This document shows, piece after piece, positions 1 through 11,176 of a stretch of DNA of 24,196 nt. How positions within the stretch are numbered: position 1 is the stretch's first letter; every line of letters starts with the position of its first letter. The stretch spans positions 1-24,196 of IMG/VR virus record IMGVR_UViG_3300034418_002124; one strand, written 5' to 3'. Under the pieces are notes generated by a model. The model saw only the letters and a list, made by a program, of their open reading frames with translations, did no database searches and had not been told where the DNA came from. Made by a program: the position numbers and the translations under genes. The DNA is from a virus (taxonomy: Duplodnaviria; Caudoviricetes).

Positions 1-1
1 T

Positions 2-3000
2 TACTCTACCATAAGCCTTTTCGTACTCACCTTTATCTAGATATTTATTAATAATTCTAACCTCTCTAGACTTTCTACCTTGTAGTCTTTCTTCTGATAG
101 TCCCTCTGGTTCTATCCTTTTCATAAGTTCAGACGGAACAGTTCCTAATAAGGTAGATACTCTAGATGGCAACCTCTTTATAGCTTGTGCTCCATATGTT
201 TGAGCATCGCTCTCCATTCTTTGAAAGAACTGAAATAGCTTTTCAGCACTAGATAATACTGGTGGACTAGCCATAAATTTTAAAGAGTCAGCTGGACTAC
301 CACCTACCTCAACAGTAGAAGATAGCATATCTCCAAGCATTCCTAGAGCACCAACCCCAGATAGATTCTCAAGTAACTCTTCAAAATCCTCTGGAAATTT
401 TTCAGCCATAGGGTCAAACGAAGGTTCGCCACTTAAGAACTCTCTCATATATTTTTTAGCAGTAGCAACTGCAGTACCACCAGCATATCCAGCAACTCCC
501 AATCGCAATACAGACATTACATTACCCGATTTTAAATCATCTCTTAATATACCATCTACTAATTTAAATTGTCTATAACCAAATCTTTTAAACTGAAAGA
601 ACCATTGACTTCTAGGGTTATTCATTATTAATGGGTCTTTTAATATGTCTTTTTGCAGGTTCATATCCTTAGCAAATCTATTAACACCATGTAATAATAC
701 TTTTTCTGATATAGGTTTCTTATAGTCTATACCCATACTAGATAACTTACCTTGAGCCCACTCTCTCCTAGCTTTTATTGGAGATTTAGTAGCTATTTTA
801 GATAAGTCTTTGATAAATATTTGACCTGCGGCCGCAGATGTCCATTGGTTTATCTTGTTTATTCCCTTAAATCCAGAATATTTAGCTAAAAAGTCTGCGA
901 CTTTAGCAGTTCTACTACTCATAGCAGATGTACCTAAGAGTTCTGTAAGCATACTATACTCTGTAGCCCCAGATCTTTTAATAAATTCTCTAGTTTTAGG
1001 GTCTGCTAGAGATATAATACCTCTAAAAAATCTTAAATATCCAGCGTCTAATGCAGATGATATCATAAACTGAGACACGTTAGGTATAGTAGCAGTACCC
1101 AATGCTATCTTACTACTTGTTTCCCAAGCCATTACACTCTCTGCAATTTTCTTACCAGTAGGAGATAGGTTATGAGCTGGGTCTTTGTTTATACTACCAA
1201 CAACATGAGACTGAACTTCTCTCATTATGCTAGCTTCTTTAGCGTTATCATTACCCTCTACAGTCTTAAGCATTCTATGAAACTTCTCACCTTTTCTACC
1301 AAATGTTTCAACTTCAGCAATTCTTTTAGCTGAACCATAAGAATATCTATACCATAAATTCTTCCAGTTTCTTTCTCTCATTTCTTTTGGTATCTGTATC
1401 TTACCTCTACTTTTTTCCAAGTTTCCGAACACACTATATAAATCGTTATAAGCATACCTACCTACATTAATAAAAGCCTCTAAGGTAGGATTGTTTCCAG
1501 TCTTCATATTCATTTTAATTAATTGTCTTAACTCTGGAGACATATTTGCTTTCTTAATAATTCCTTCTAACTCTGCAGCTCTCTCAGGATTTTTCTTCAT
1601 CCAATCTTTTGTTCCACTATATGCATCAAACACGCTACTAGCTTTATTTAATTTTGCAGCCACACTCTGTACATTATTAAATACAATTTCAGCTATCTCT
1701 GGTTTAAACATTTGAGGTACGTAATTTCTAGTGTAACCCGGAACTTGAATGCCAGCTTCTCTAGATGCTAAGAAAGGATAGTTAGTAATTGTATCCCAAA
1801 CAGGAAGCTCTCCTTTTTCTTTTCTATCTGAAAAATTTTCCCAATATTCATTCTCGTTTTTAAAGCCACCTTTTCTTAATTCTTTTCTAGATATCTTTCT
1901 ATCTATACCTTCTTTTATACCTTGGTTAAAGAATATACTAGTTAACTCAGCTTTTCTATCAAAATACTTTTGTACATCACCTTGATATTTTCTAGCCATA
2001 GGGTCTTTAAATCTTAACTCTGGGCCTTTAAAAACTTCTAACATCTCTGCAACTTTCTTAGGAAAGTATGTATCTATAAAGTTATCTTTAGGCATTGTGT
2101 TTATTTTATAGCCATCTTTTAATAACTTTGCAGTCTCAGTCATAACTAAATCTTCTGCTTTTAATCTCTCTTTATAGTTAAATAGAGCTTTATCATCCGC
2201 TTGTTTTAATGTAGAGAACTTACCATCTTCGTTAACCCAGAATTTTCTTCTTGCACCTTGACTTCTTTTACCATTATAACCAAGTTTAGTTTCTAAATCA
2301 GCTATCTCTTTTTCTTTAGACTTTCTAATATCTTGTATGCCTAAATCCGCACTACCTCTCTTATATAGTTTATGGAATGAGTTTACTTCCATATTCATAT
2401 ATTTTTTAGTATTTAAATCTTCTAATCTATATTTCTCTCCTTGAGTACCAGCTATCCTAACCCTGCTAAAAGGCTTCTTACCTTTAGCAAGTTGTCCAGA
2501 CCTCCATTCATTTTTCATCATGGCAGTCTCTAAATCATAAGATACATTAGTTTCAGCTATCTTCTTAGCATCTTCTGGAGATGGTATAAACTTCTCATCT
2601 TTCTTAGGTTTCTCAAAAAGTCTTTTCATTTTAGCTGGGCTAGAGAATAACTTTTGACCGCCTTTAACACCTAGTATAACACCAGCTGTATGTAAATAAT
2701 CTTCGGGAGTTGGTAGCTGACCCTCTACTAATGGAGCAACTGTACCAAGTACTCCAGTCTCTGCAGCTACTTTGGTTAAAGAACTAGCGCCTCTCGCTCC
2801 TAATGTACCACCAACTCCACCAGTAATAGCACCAATAAGACTACCTTTCAAACTTTCTTCTGCTACATCCTCTAGTTTAATTTCACCAGTATCAATCTGC
2901 TGTCTTAATGCATTACCTAGACCATTATAAGTAGCGAAAACACCTGCACTCTGACCAGTTTTTTGAGCTATAGCTTTCTTTACTGCATCGTTTGCTATCT

Positions 3001-3412
3001 TTTTAGGCACTCCAGCTCCCGCAAATCCTTTAAACAGAACCTTGCCAGCTGTTCCAAATACTTTACTAGCTGGGCCTAGAGCTAACCAATCAGTAGGTAC
3101 TAACAACGAGACAGCAGAGGATGCTATATCTTCTACAACTCCCGGATTGTAATTGCTCATATCAAATCTTTTACGACCCATAAGTAGCTCGTCTGCATGT
3201 CCAGTAATAGAGCGATTGTACCCTTCTTTTATAAAGCTAGGTAAATGGTCTAATATAGAACTAGTTGCAGCCGTATCGTAATCAGATACTGCATTCTTTA
3301 AATTAGGATTTGACTTTAGTATCTCGTAGAATAACTTATCGTCGTTTAAAGTAGTATCTGGATAAGTGTTTCTATATTGTTGTAATAGTGTTTGTTTTGT
3401 ATATCTAGGCAT
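2..3412 (-). CDS. Large putative internal virion/DNA ejection protein, at least 1137 aa, 3' end beyond the window (absent from ORF track)
   Basis: ATG at 3412, 2 nt after the upstream stop: MPRYTKQTLLQQYRNTYPDTTLNDDKLFYEILK... The same frame is open at the window edge (...GEYEKAYGRV); the interior was only spot-checked. It has an Ala/Gly-rich segment (GSLIGAITGGVGGTLGARGASS) and a late hydrophobic helix (VLRLGVAGYAGGTAVATA). It is the largest gene after the tail genes, as for podoviral core proteins. Confidence 0.7.
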   Translation of the reverse strand, partial: MPRYTKQTLLQQYRNTYPDTTLNDDKLFYEILKSNPNLKNAVSDYDTAATSSILDHLPSFIKEGYNRSITGHADELLMGRKRFDMSNYNPGVVEDIASSAVSLLVPTDWLALGPASKVFGTAGKVLFKGFAGAGVPKKIANDAVKKAIAQKTGQSAGVFATYNGLGNALRQQIDTGEIKLEDVAEESLKGSLIGAITGGVGGTLGARGASSLTKVAAETGVLGTVAPLVEGQLPTPEDYLHTAGVILGVKGGQKLFSSPAKMKRLFEKPKKDEKFIPSPEDAKKIAETNVSYDLETAMMKNEWRSGQLAKGKKPFSRVRIAGTQGEKYRLEDLNTKKYMNMEVNSFHKLYKRGSADLGIQDIRKSKEKEIADLETKLGYNGKRSQGARRKFWVNEDGKFSTLKQADDKALFNYKERLKAEDLVMTETAKLLKDGYKINTMPKDNFIDTYFPKKVAEMLEVFKGPELRFKDPMARKYQGDVQKYFDRKAELTSIFFNQGIKEGIDRKISRKELRKGGFKNENEYWENFSDRKEKGELPVWDTITNYPFLASREAGIQVPGYTRNYVPQMFKPEIAEIVFNNVQSVAAKLNKASSVFDAYSGTKDWMKKNPERAAELEGIIKKANMSPELRQLIKMNMKTGNNPTLEAFINVGRYAYNDLYSVFGNLEKSRGKIQIPKEMRERNWKNLWYRYSYGSAKRIAEVETFGRKGEKFHRMLKTVEGNDNAKEASIMREVQSHVVGSINKDPAHNLSPTGKKIAESVMAWETSSKIALGTATIPNVSQFMISSALDAGYLRFFRGIISLADPKTREFIKRSGATEYSMLTELLGTSAMSSRTAKVADFLAKYSGFKGINKINQWTSAAAGQIFIKDLSKIATKSPIKARREWAQGKLSSMGIDYKKPISEKVLLHGVNRFAKDMNLQKDILKDPLIMNNPRSQWFFQFKRFGYRQFKLVDGILRDDLKSGNVMSVLRLGVAGYAGGTAVATAKKYMREFLSGEPSFDPMAEKFPEDFEELLENLSGVGALGMLGDMLSSTVEVGGSPADSLKFMASPPVLSSAEKLFQFFQRMESDAQTYGAQAIKRLPSRVSTLLGTVPSELMKRIEPEGLSEERLQGRKSREVRIINKYLDKGEYEKAYGRV

Positions 3413-3414
3413 AT

Positions 3415-5643
3415 TTAAAAATTAGTTGGTGCTTGTCTTAATGAATCTAATAAGTTTTCAAATTCTATCTCTTCAGCCATCTTTTCAGCACTAGCTCCCA
3501 TTTCTTTTTCAAAATCAAAGTTAAACTCAGCTCCTTTTGTAAATTCGCTCCAAACTTTCTGAGCAGATTTAGATGCTGTAAGCTTCTGAGCTCTATTTAT
3601 AAGTTCGTTTATAACCTTAGGGCTAACACTTGAGACTCCCTTTGCTATACTAGGAGATTTAGATATGTCGCTTTTCAATTTTCTAAGTTCCTTTACAATT
3701 CTTTTAGCTTCGTTCTTAACTCCACCCATTGTCTTGCCTGCTGTAGATACATCTTGAGTCTTAGAATCTGTAATGTTTGCAAACTGCTGATATATATCCT
3801 TCTCTAATTCGTTAGTTTTCCAAGCTATATACCTAGGATTTTTAAATTTAGATGGAGCTTTAGCCATATTTTCTGGTAACTTTCCATCTTTATACCAACC
3901 TTTAGAGTAGTCTACCAGTTGCTTTTTATATAAGAACTCTGGAGGAGCACCTTCACCTACCCTGACAAAAGAAGTAGTAAAGTAAGTACCTCCTCTAGAT
4001 ACTGCATCTTTATATGCCTGATCTATGGCATCATCTGGATTCATACCTTGTTCAATATATTTCTTTATATCTGGATTTCTTTGAAAGTTAAATGCTTCTA
4101 ACGCTCTATGAGGAACTGTACTAAGAACTTGCATTCCTCTGAGTAATCCTAGCTTTGCACCTCTTGCTTCAGATATTGCCTCAATACCTTGAGAGAATTT
4201 ATCATTAGCTACGTCTACCATTTTTTGTATTGCTGGGTCTGCTTTTTCTATTGCTAAGTAAGCAAAGTCTTTTGCCATGTCTCCAGCTTTACCTAATTGC
4301 TCTAAAGTAGCGTCTGCTATTTGAGCTCTCTCTTCTGGAGTAGAAGATGCAAGAGCTAAAGTCCCAGCAACTGGTACTAATATAGGAGCAAAAGCACCAA
4401 CTGCTGACTTAACTCCTATCGCCATCGTTGGATTTTCTTCAGCAAATTTAGAATAAATGTTTTGAGCTTTCTCTGGTAATCCAGATAACTCAGTTCTAGC
4501 TAGATAATTAACTACAGTAGGGACTCCTTCTATGCCTTCTTGAACATCTTCAATTAAACTTGTATCTTCTCTAGCTAAATATCTACCTATAGTTGGTATA
4601 CCAGTCCCTTCTAAAAATTCTCCTATACCTTCTATTAATCCGCTAGCCTCTTCTTTTCTACCAGCTAAAAAGTCTGAAATATCTGCATTAGTTATACTAC
4701 CATTTTTTATTTCTTCTTCTACTTCTTCTATAGACATATTTCTGCTATTAGCAAATTGAGCTCTAACCTCTGGGTTCTCTTCTATCCTAGCTAACTGCGG
4801 GTTATCTAAACTAGAGCTAGCTCTTATTTTAGTATTGAGTTGGCTCTCTAAATTACTAATTTCATTTTGATAAAATTCTCTTGCAGATGGGTCAATAGCC
4901 ATTAAAAGCCCATCGTAAGCTGCATCAATTCTATTGTATAAACTTTTATTTCTTTGAATAACATCTGGATTCATCTCGTCAAAAGTTCTAGACATCATTA
5001 TTTCTTTTATACCTTGAGCTGTCTTACCACCTTTTAAGTATTCTCCAGTATATTGTAATAATAATTTATCATTACCAGTCTCTGAAAGTTCCTCATCACT
5101 TAATCCGGGAAATAAAACATCTCTTAAATTGCTATTAACATTTTTAAAATTAGTTCTATTCCTATTATTAATAGCCTTTTGAGTAGTAACTGCATCTCTT
5201 ATATATTTATTCCCAACAGTAGATGTGCTATTTAAAATAGAATCAATAGCTTCAAAGCCATCCAAACTAGTGTTTAAACCCTCTGTTATAGCTTTATTAT
5301 TATCTTGCCAAAAAAGATAATCTTGATAATCCCTCTCTATATCTCTTTGTTCTTCCTCTATTTTAGCTTTTTGATTATCTTTTTCTTTTTCGTATAGAAA
5401 TTTCTTTTGTTGAAATTCTCTATTTAATGAATCTTGTTGCCTATTATATTCAAGAGTCTCTTCATATTGCTCTTGCTGTTGGTCAAGCCTACTTTGCTGT
5501 AATTGCCTAGCTTGCTGTTTATCGTAAGCGTCTGTTATAGACTTAACAATATCTGCATAATCTCTAGAAGTACTTTGATAAGCTCCTAAAGCCCAAGCTG
5601 GTATACTACCACCAGCAAATGTTTTTGTATCTACTTTAGCCAT
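3415..5643 (-). CDS. Putative internal virion protein (742 aa, Q/E-rich coiled-coil N-terminus)
   Basis: Long ORF with AAAGGA RBS. N-terminal QQARQLQQSRLDQQQEQ coiled coil and a central hydrophobic stretch (AVGAFAPILVPVAGTLALAS). Lies in the ejection-protein cluster. Confidence 0.6.
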   Translation of the reverse strand: MAKVDTKTFAGGSIPAWALGAYQSTSRDYADIVKSITDAYDKQQARQLQQSRLDQQQEQYEETLEYNRQQDSLNREFQQKKFLYEKEKDNQKAKIEEEQRDIERDYQDYLFWQDNNKAITEGLNTSLDGFEAIDSILNSTSTVGNKYIRDAVTTQKAINNRNRTNFKNVNSNLRDVLFPGLSDEELSETGNDKLLLQYTGEYLKGGKTAQGIKEIMMSRTFDEMNPDVIQRNKSLYNRIDAAYDGLLMAIDPSAREFYQNEISNLESQLNTKIRASSSLDNPQLARIEENPEVRAQFANSRNMSIEEVEEEIKNGSITNADISDFLAGRKEEASGLIEGIGEFLEGTGIPTIGRYLAREDTSLIEDVQEGIEGVPTVVNYLARTELSGLPEKAQNIYSKFAEENPTMAIGVKSAVGAFAPILVPVAGTLALASSTPEERAQIADATLEQLGKAGDMAKDFAYLAIEKADPAIQKMVDVANDKFSQGIEAISEARGAKLGLLRGMQVLSTVPHRALEAFNFQRNPDIKKYIEQGMNPDDAIDQAYKDAVSRGGTYFTTSFVRVGEGAPPEFLYKKQLVDYSKGWYKDGKLPENMAKAPSKFKNPRYIAWKTNELEKDIYQQFANITDSKTQDVSTAGKTMGGVKNEAKRIVKELRKLKSDISKSPSIAKGVSSVSPKVINELINRAQKLTASKSAQKVWSEFTKGAEFNFDFEKEMGASAEKMAEEIEFENLLDSLRQAPTNF

Positions 5644-5661
5644 ATTAAATCCTTTACTATA

Positions 5662-6414
5662 TTAAGGGCCAGTTCTTGGCATTGTTGGGTCTATAAATCC
5701 TGCTCCAGAGGTATCTGTATCTCCACCAGCAAAGCTATCTTCATCAAATCCAGTATAATCTCCGACTCCTTGACCGCTATAACCACCAATATTATGAGGA
5801 ACCCACACTCCTCCATTCCATCTGTAGGTTTGTCCATCTGGGCCTTTTTGCAAAGTGCCTACATTATCTCCTGAAAAACCCGGAGAACCCGGAGGCCCAT
5901 AAAATCCAGATTCTCTAGCTCCCGGATTGTCTCCATATAAATTTATATTATCCTGTATTCTTCGCTCGTAATCAGTCATTTCTCCTTTTTTTTCTAAGTC
6001 AGGAAGTATATCAGAGAAAAATTGACCAGCTTCACCCTTTAATCTCTCTAGCTCTTTCATCTCAGATCTTTCAGCCCCTAACATAGCTGAATACACATCT
6101 GTAAACATTCCTCTTTGAGCTTGTTGAGCACCTATAAAGCCTGCTCCACCTCCTCCAGAGCCAGCAAATCCTCCAGCACCAGAGACTTGAGCACCCGTAG
6201 GTACTTGCATATACTGAGACTGAGCTCCACTAATAGCACTAGATATATCTTGAGCACCTGAAGCCTGAGTCATCTCTAATAGAGCAGTGCTAAATTCAGG
6301 TATTATATCCTCAAACTCAGATAAATCATATTTGCTTAAATCTATCCCCGGTAGTAATTCTTGCAGGCTCATGCTACCTGCCGTATCAGATGTTGGTATT
6401 GTGTAGTCTGGCAT
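5662..6414 (-). CDS. Gly-rich, acidic putative internal virion/pilot protein (250 aa)
   Basis: GAGGFAGSGGGGAG low-complexity segment. TAATG-coupled to the upstream gene and located between the tail genes and the large core genes. Confidence 0.5.
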   Translation of the reverse strand: MPDYTIPTSDTAGSMSLQELLPGIDLSKYDLSEFEDIIPEFSTALLEMTQASGAQDISSAISGAQSQYMQVPTGAQVSGAGGFAGSGGGGAGFIGAQQAQRGMFTDVYSAMLGAERSEMKELERLKGEAGQFFSDILPDLEKKGEMTDYERRIQDNINLYGDNPGARESGFYGPPGSPGFSGDNVGTLQKGPDGQTYRWNGGVWVPHNIGGYSGQGVGDYTGFDEDSFAGGDTDTSGAGFIDPTMPRTGP

Positions 6415-7238
6415 TATTCGTATCTCCTAGTCATAAATCCTCCACTACCTATTTTCCTAGATAGCTCTAAATCTTGCATTAACTTTTCATATCCAACTGG
6501 CATTTTAGATTGACTCATCTCACCTTCCTTTTTTAAGTCTGGTAATATATTAAAGAGGTTTGATAGAACATCAGTTACATCTCTTTTCTTTTGAGCTTCA
6601 TCTCCTAATACTACTGGAGCTACACCTTCAACCATTGGTATATCAGTCAATCCCTCAACCATACCCTTTACCTTTCCAGCCTCTTCTAAATCTTTTGCTT
6701 TAGTTATTTCTTGCAAGCTTGGTAATAAATCTAAAAGACCAGTTCCAGCTGTAGTTAAACCAGTCATAGTTGCTTGATTTTCTATGCTTTCTTTTAGCAT
6801 GTCAAGTTGTAAATCTTTTTGAGCTTCTACAGATTCTACTGCACCTCTGTCAAACCTCATTGCTTTTTCACCAGAAACAGTTTCACCTAAGTACTTTCCC
6901 ATTAGGTCTTCAAATTCGCTAACATCTACTTTGCCTCCAAAATATTCAGCTCCTTTTTCCATTCCTACTTTTTGAAGACCTCCAGTAACTAATCCTCTAA
7001 GTGGTTTAGCAGCTACATAAGATGCTCCAAGAGCTGGGTTGACTAATGTTAGTCCAGCTCCAATTAAATAATCTAATCCTTTTGGAACTATAGAGCCTAA
7101 GAAAGAGCCGAAAGCACTTTTCTCTCCCTTTTCTTTCATTTGTTGCCCAAGTTCAAATTGTGCTGGAGCAAGAGCTTTTGCGACGTCAGACCTCTCTTGC
7201 ATCATCTTTAGCCTTGCTTCCATTGGTGTTAATGCCAT
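6414..7238 (-). CDS. Putative internal virion protein with hydrophobic Gly/Ala segment (274 aa)
   Basis: AGGAG RBS upstream. The segment FGSFLGS...LIGAGLTLVNPALGASYVAA resembles the membrane-interacting N-termini of small ejection proteins. Confidence 0.5.
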   Translation of the reverse strand: MALTPMEARLKMMQERSDVAKALAPAQFELGQQMKEKGEKSAFGSFLGSIVPKGLDYLIGAGLTLVNPALGASYVAAKPLRGLVTGGLQKVGMEKGAEYFGGKVDVSEFEDLMGKYLGETVSGEKAMRFDRGAVESVEAQKDLQLDMLKESIENQATMTGLTTAGTGLLDLLPSLQEITKAKDLEEAGKVKGMVEGLTDIPMVEGVAPVVLGDEAQKKRDVTDVLSNLFNILPDLKKEGEMSQSKMPVGYEKLMQDLELSRKIGSGGFMTRRYE

Positions 7239-7248
7239 AATTATTCTC

Positions 7249-7899
7249 CTACTTAATTATATTAAAAGACCAGATAGTAGTAATGTTTACATCATGCACA
7301 TTACTAGTAGGGTCTATAGATATAGATACAACATCTCCCTTATTAAAACTTGATAAACCAGTAAATCTATACTCGTATGTTGTATCTGCACTTGCTATAT
7401 TTCTTGTTATTGATTCTATTGGAGTCGGACTAGGGTCTGTAGTACCATTACTAGCTCTATGAAATCCCATAACGGTGCTTCCTCCTGCGGTTTCACTTCT
7501 AACTTCAGCTCTTATTAGCCTACCGCCATAAGGTACTACAAACTTATTATAGCTATGTATAGATGAGCTACCAGCATCTCTATTAAATTCTAAATAAATC
7601 TTTGCACTAGTTGTTGATGTAAAGTTATGAGCGTACCAATGTATTTGATTTCCATAAACAGTACCATATGTAAAGCTATCGCCACCCACGTGAAGATGAT
7701 TATCTACATGATGGTCTCCATTAGAACTTAAATGTATTTTAAAAAGCCTACCGCCTTTTTTTAATACTAAAGATAAATGCTCTCCTAATCTTTTACCTAA
7801 AGATATTTGCCCTTCTACTAACTTACTTAGTGAGCCGTCAGTTATACTTAAAAGCGAATCTTGCTTAGAGTTTATTAGTTTTCTTATATGTCTATCCAT
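7249..7899 (-). CDS. Tail-associated structural protein (216 aa)
   Basis: Overlaps the nozzle gene stop by 8 nt. Contains a short beta-repeat (HVDNHLHVGGD) and a beta-rich C-terminal domain (FVVPYGGRLIRAEVRS...FNKGDVVSISIDP). Confidence 0.5.
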   Translation of the reverse strand: MDRHIRKLINSKQDSLLSITDGSLSKLVEGQISLGKRLGEHLSLVLKKGGRLFKIHLSSNGDHHVDNHLHVGGDSFTYGTVYGNQIHWYAHNFTSTTSAKIYLEFNRDAGSSSIHSYNKFVVPYGGRLIRAEVRSETAGGSTVMGFHRASNGTTDPSPTPIESITRNIASADTTYEYRFTGLSSFNKGDVVSISIDPTSNVHDVNITTIWSFNIIK

Positions 7900-10800
7900 C
7901 AGCTACTAACTTTCCTCTAATAGCTCGCCACTCTACATTCATATCATTTATATGTATTATAGTAGAAGCATTAGACTTCATTCTAAATTGTATACTCTGA
8001 CAAGAAACAACAGATGGTAATTTAAATTGCAAACTTTTCCAATTTAATTTATATATAACTTGTGCTGTACTTACTGTTGATAATGCAGTATTACCATAGC
8101 CTCTTTCTACTGTTAATGTGTTTCCAGATATGTTAGTAATTAGCATTATATCACTAGATATTTTTATAATATCTCCTATGTCAAAAACACTAGCATCATC
8201 AACATTGAAAACTTTATCTGAAGCTGATGAAGTTAATGAACTACCATCTATAGTATTTGTAGACCCATCTGACTGAGGTTGAACAGTAAAAGTCTCAGGT
8301 AATGTACCAGTTATATCTTGCCAATTTCTCTTACCATTAATAGCATATTGAAATATATTTGAAGAATCTGTAACTGTGCTTTTATAAGTCAATCTGATAG
8401 AGTAAACTTTTTTAGATATTGCTGGCTCTCCAAAATCTAAGTCTCCAGTTATAAATTCGTGTGAAGACTGAGTAGAAGATACTGGTAAATATTTGTCGAA
8501 ATTTACAAAATTACCATCTTCTCTGGCAACAATTAAATTATTATCATAATCTTTTACAAAGTTAGAATAGAAAGAACTATCCGTAGATATACCATCACTA
8601 AAAGACCATCCTCCACTATTAAAATCATATACAAAAGATAAATTACTATTTGTAGATGAGTCATTTGGAGACCTCAATACAATAAGACTGTTTGACAAAT
8701 TGTCAAACCCTATCATAGCATCCTTAACTCCAGATGTTCCATTTACAAAATCATTCCAAGCTATGCTAAAACTAGGACTAAATATACTTATCTTTCTATC
8801 TACTAAATTGCTAATCTTATTACCATCATATATATAACAACCGCTCTCATTTACCCAAATAATACCAAATTTAGTTTGACAAGAATTGAATAAATAAGAT
8901 ATGCCTAAGTTATTTAAAGACTCTTCAAGATACCAAGAAGAAGGATTAGGATTTCCTATATTTATAATGTGTACTACATTGTGTTTAAATGCTAGTAATC
9001 TATCTGCAAAAGAATGCAATGCAATATACTCTCCAAAGTCTCCTACAGAAACATCTATATAATTAGAACCTAAGAATGTATCAAACTTATTTATTTCTGA
9101 ATACATTATTCTATCGCCATATTTTACTAACTCATTATTCTTATCTCTTACATTTAAGTTAGCTATAAAGGTTCTTCTATTTGCAACTACAGATGTTTTA
9201 TAGTTTTCTCCTTGCCTACCTATAGATATATACTCTTCTTCGGGGCTAAATCCATTAATAGATGAGTATGTGTCTATGTTAGGCCCTTCAGAAAATAAAT
9301 CTGTAACATAAAATCCATCGCAGTTTGAATCATTATAACTCCATTGAGTATAATTATCAAGCATTGACATCCTAACTCCACTTACAATATCTATATCAGC
9401 AAATAAAGTCAAAGGTTCTCTTGAATTTTTTTCTCTTATATATATTCTACCTCCAGATATTCTACCATTATATGCTATATCTGCGTAAATACTAAATTTA
9501 AATTTATAATTACCAACTGTATTATCTAAAAATCCGCCAGCAAGAGGTGATGCTCCATCACTTATCTGAACTGGTAAAGACTCTTGACCTCCATCATATA
9601 CAAAAGTCTCATAGAACTCCCAGCTATTTTCTGGCCATAAACCAGCGGCAGTATCTTCAGTAACTGCTATATTAAAACCAATACCTCTTACTAAAACTGG
9701 AGTAGTTTGATTAGTCGTAGTAGAAGATATAGTACCTCCATAACCTCTTTCTACTTCTACTGCTCCAAAATTATGAGCTTCTCTAGTTACTAGCATAACT
9801 TCATTTGGCTTTACTGTTAAACCACTTGAAGAAACTGTTATTACATCCCCAGAACTTAACTGGTCATTAACATCAGTATCGCTAGTGTTTTCAAAAGATA
9901 CAAATTTTTGACTAGATGATAAATTACTTGGAGCATCTAATCTTAAGGCACTAACACTATCCGCTAACTGATACTTAACACCTCTAACAACATTACCGTT
10001 AACTTTATGATAGTTTGCTAAAGTCGTAGAAGTATGACTAGATGTTAAATATGAGAATGCCAAACCAGCTTGATTAACTGGGGAGCTTAAAGTATTTGGA
10101 TGCTGTTGATATTCGTTAAATGATAAACCTTCTTTTAATGCGAATTGATTTCTTTGAATATATCCATACCATTTAATGTAAGATGGATTTGAATCATTTA
10201 TATTAGAGACTCTTACTGCTTCATCAGCAAAATGAAATATAAATTTATTGTTATCACCAGATAAGGTAGGTTTTATAGCCTCTCTAGTCCACCCATTATT
10301 AGCACTACTAGAATCAGTAGTTTTATTATGAGACCAAACATCAATAGAGCCAGCTTGCCCATCAACTGCAGATATTGACACATTGTCTATATATGCTCTA
10401 AATTCTGCCCCACTAGAAGCATCAATTATTAATTTAGCATGCGTAGTTGAGCCAGCATAAACAAAATCAAAGCTAACTGTTCTAGCTGTTAAAGAAGTAG
10501 CGAAAGAAATTGAAGCATTTGAGTCTATATTATATGAATCATCTGCAAAGCCAATAGTTATAGTCCCATTATTGTAGCCAGAAGCTGGCAACTCTAGAGA
10601 TAATGTAAGTCTATATATTCTATTCTCAATCATTGACTCATTACTTAAGCCACCAGAATCTTCGTAATAAGCTCCATCAAGAGTGATATACCTTCTCGGA
10701 GCACTTCCTTCGCATTCCAAGTCTAAATAAGGGTCTGTAAAAAATGCACCTTCCGTAGCTCCAGAGCTAGAAGATTGAGCGGTAGGGAATGCATTACTTC

Positions 10801-11176
10801 CAGAGCCATTAGTCCAATTATTAAGACCTGCTGTGAATGTTGAGTCTCTATCTTCTAATTGATTATGAATTATTTCGTTAGAGTTTCCAACTGCTATTAG
10901 CTTATCTCCTATACTTTCTTGTATATATATCTCTAAACTTTTATCTGTATCATTTTCATTAGTAAGCCCTCTTCCTTTTAATACATAATGAATATCTTTA
11001 CCAGCTCCTGATATTGTTTCTTCTCCTATTATTATATCAGATACAGTATATATACCGTTATTACTTCCAGAGCCACTTACCTTTATCACGTCTCCAATAG
11101 AAATTTTGCCAGATGTATATGTAGCATTATCTTCACCTCCGTGAAGAGTCATATATTGTTTAGTTGGTGTAGGCAT
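7892..11176 (-). CDS. Tail nozzle/stabilisation (tubular protein B-like) protein, main part (1094 aa)
   Basis: Beta-propeller-like C-terminal half (VVANRRTFIAN, DRIMYSEINKFDTF, ADRLLAFK, GIIWVNESGCYIYDG) and C-terminal TGDLDFGEPAISKKVYSIRLTYKS, typical of podoviral stabilisation proteins. Confidence 0.7.
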   Translation of the reverse strand: MPTPTKQYMTLHGGEDNATYTSGKISIGDVIKVSGSGSNNGIYTVSDIIIGEETISGAGKDIHYVLKGRGLTNENDTDKSLEIYIQESIGDKLIAVGNSNEIIHNQLEDRDSTFTAGLNNWTNGSGSNAFPTAQSSSSGATEGAFFTDPYLDLECEGSAPRRYITLDGAYYEDSGGLSNESMIENRIYRLTLSLELPASGYNNGTITIGFADDSYNIDSNASISFATSLTARTVSFDFVYAGSTTHAKLIIDASSGAEFRAYIDNVSISAVDGQAGSIDVWSHNKTTDSSSANNGWTREAIKPTLSGDNNKFIFHFADEAVRVSNINDSNPSYIKWYGYIQRNQFALKEGLSFNEYQQHPNTLSSPVNQAGLAFSYLTSSHTSTTLANYHKVNGNVVRGVKYQLADSVSALRLDAPSNLSSSQKFVSFENTSDTDVNDQLSSGDVITVSSSGLTVKPNEVMLVTREAHNFGAVEVERGYGGTISSTTTNQTTPVLVRGIGFNIAVTEDTAAGLWPENSWEFYETFVYDGGQESLPVQISDGASPLAGGFLDNTVGNYKFKFSIYADIAYNGRISGGRIYIREKNSREPLTLFADIDIVSGVRMSMLDNYTQWSYNDSNCDGFYVTDLFSEGPNIDTYSSINGFSPEEEYISIGRQGENYKTSVVANRRTFIANLNVRDKNNELVKYGDRIMYSEINKFDTFLGSNYIDVSVGDFGEYIALHSFADRLLAFKHNVVHIINIGNPNPSSWYLEESLNNLGISYLFNSCQTKFGIIWVNESGCYIYDGNKISNLVDRKISIFSPSFSIAWNDFVNGTSGVKDAMIGFDNLSNSLIVLRSPNDSSTNSNLSFVYDFNSGGWSFSDGISTDSSFYSNFVKDYDNNLIVAREDGNFVNFDKYLPVSSTQSSHEFITGDLDFGEPAISKKVYSIRLTYKSTVTDSSNIFQYAINGKRNWQDITGTLPETFTVQPQSDGSTNTIDGSSLTSSASDKVFNVDDASVFDIGDIIKISSDIMLITNISGNTLTVERGYGNTALSTVSTAQVIYKLNWKSLQFKLPSVVSCQSIQFRMKSNASTIIHINDMNVEWRAIRGKLVADG

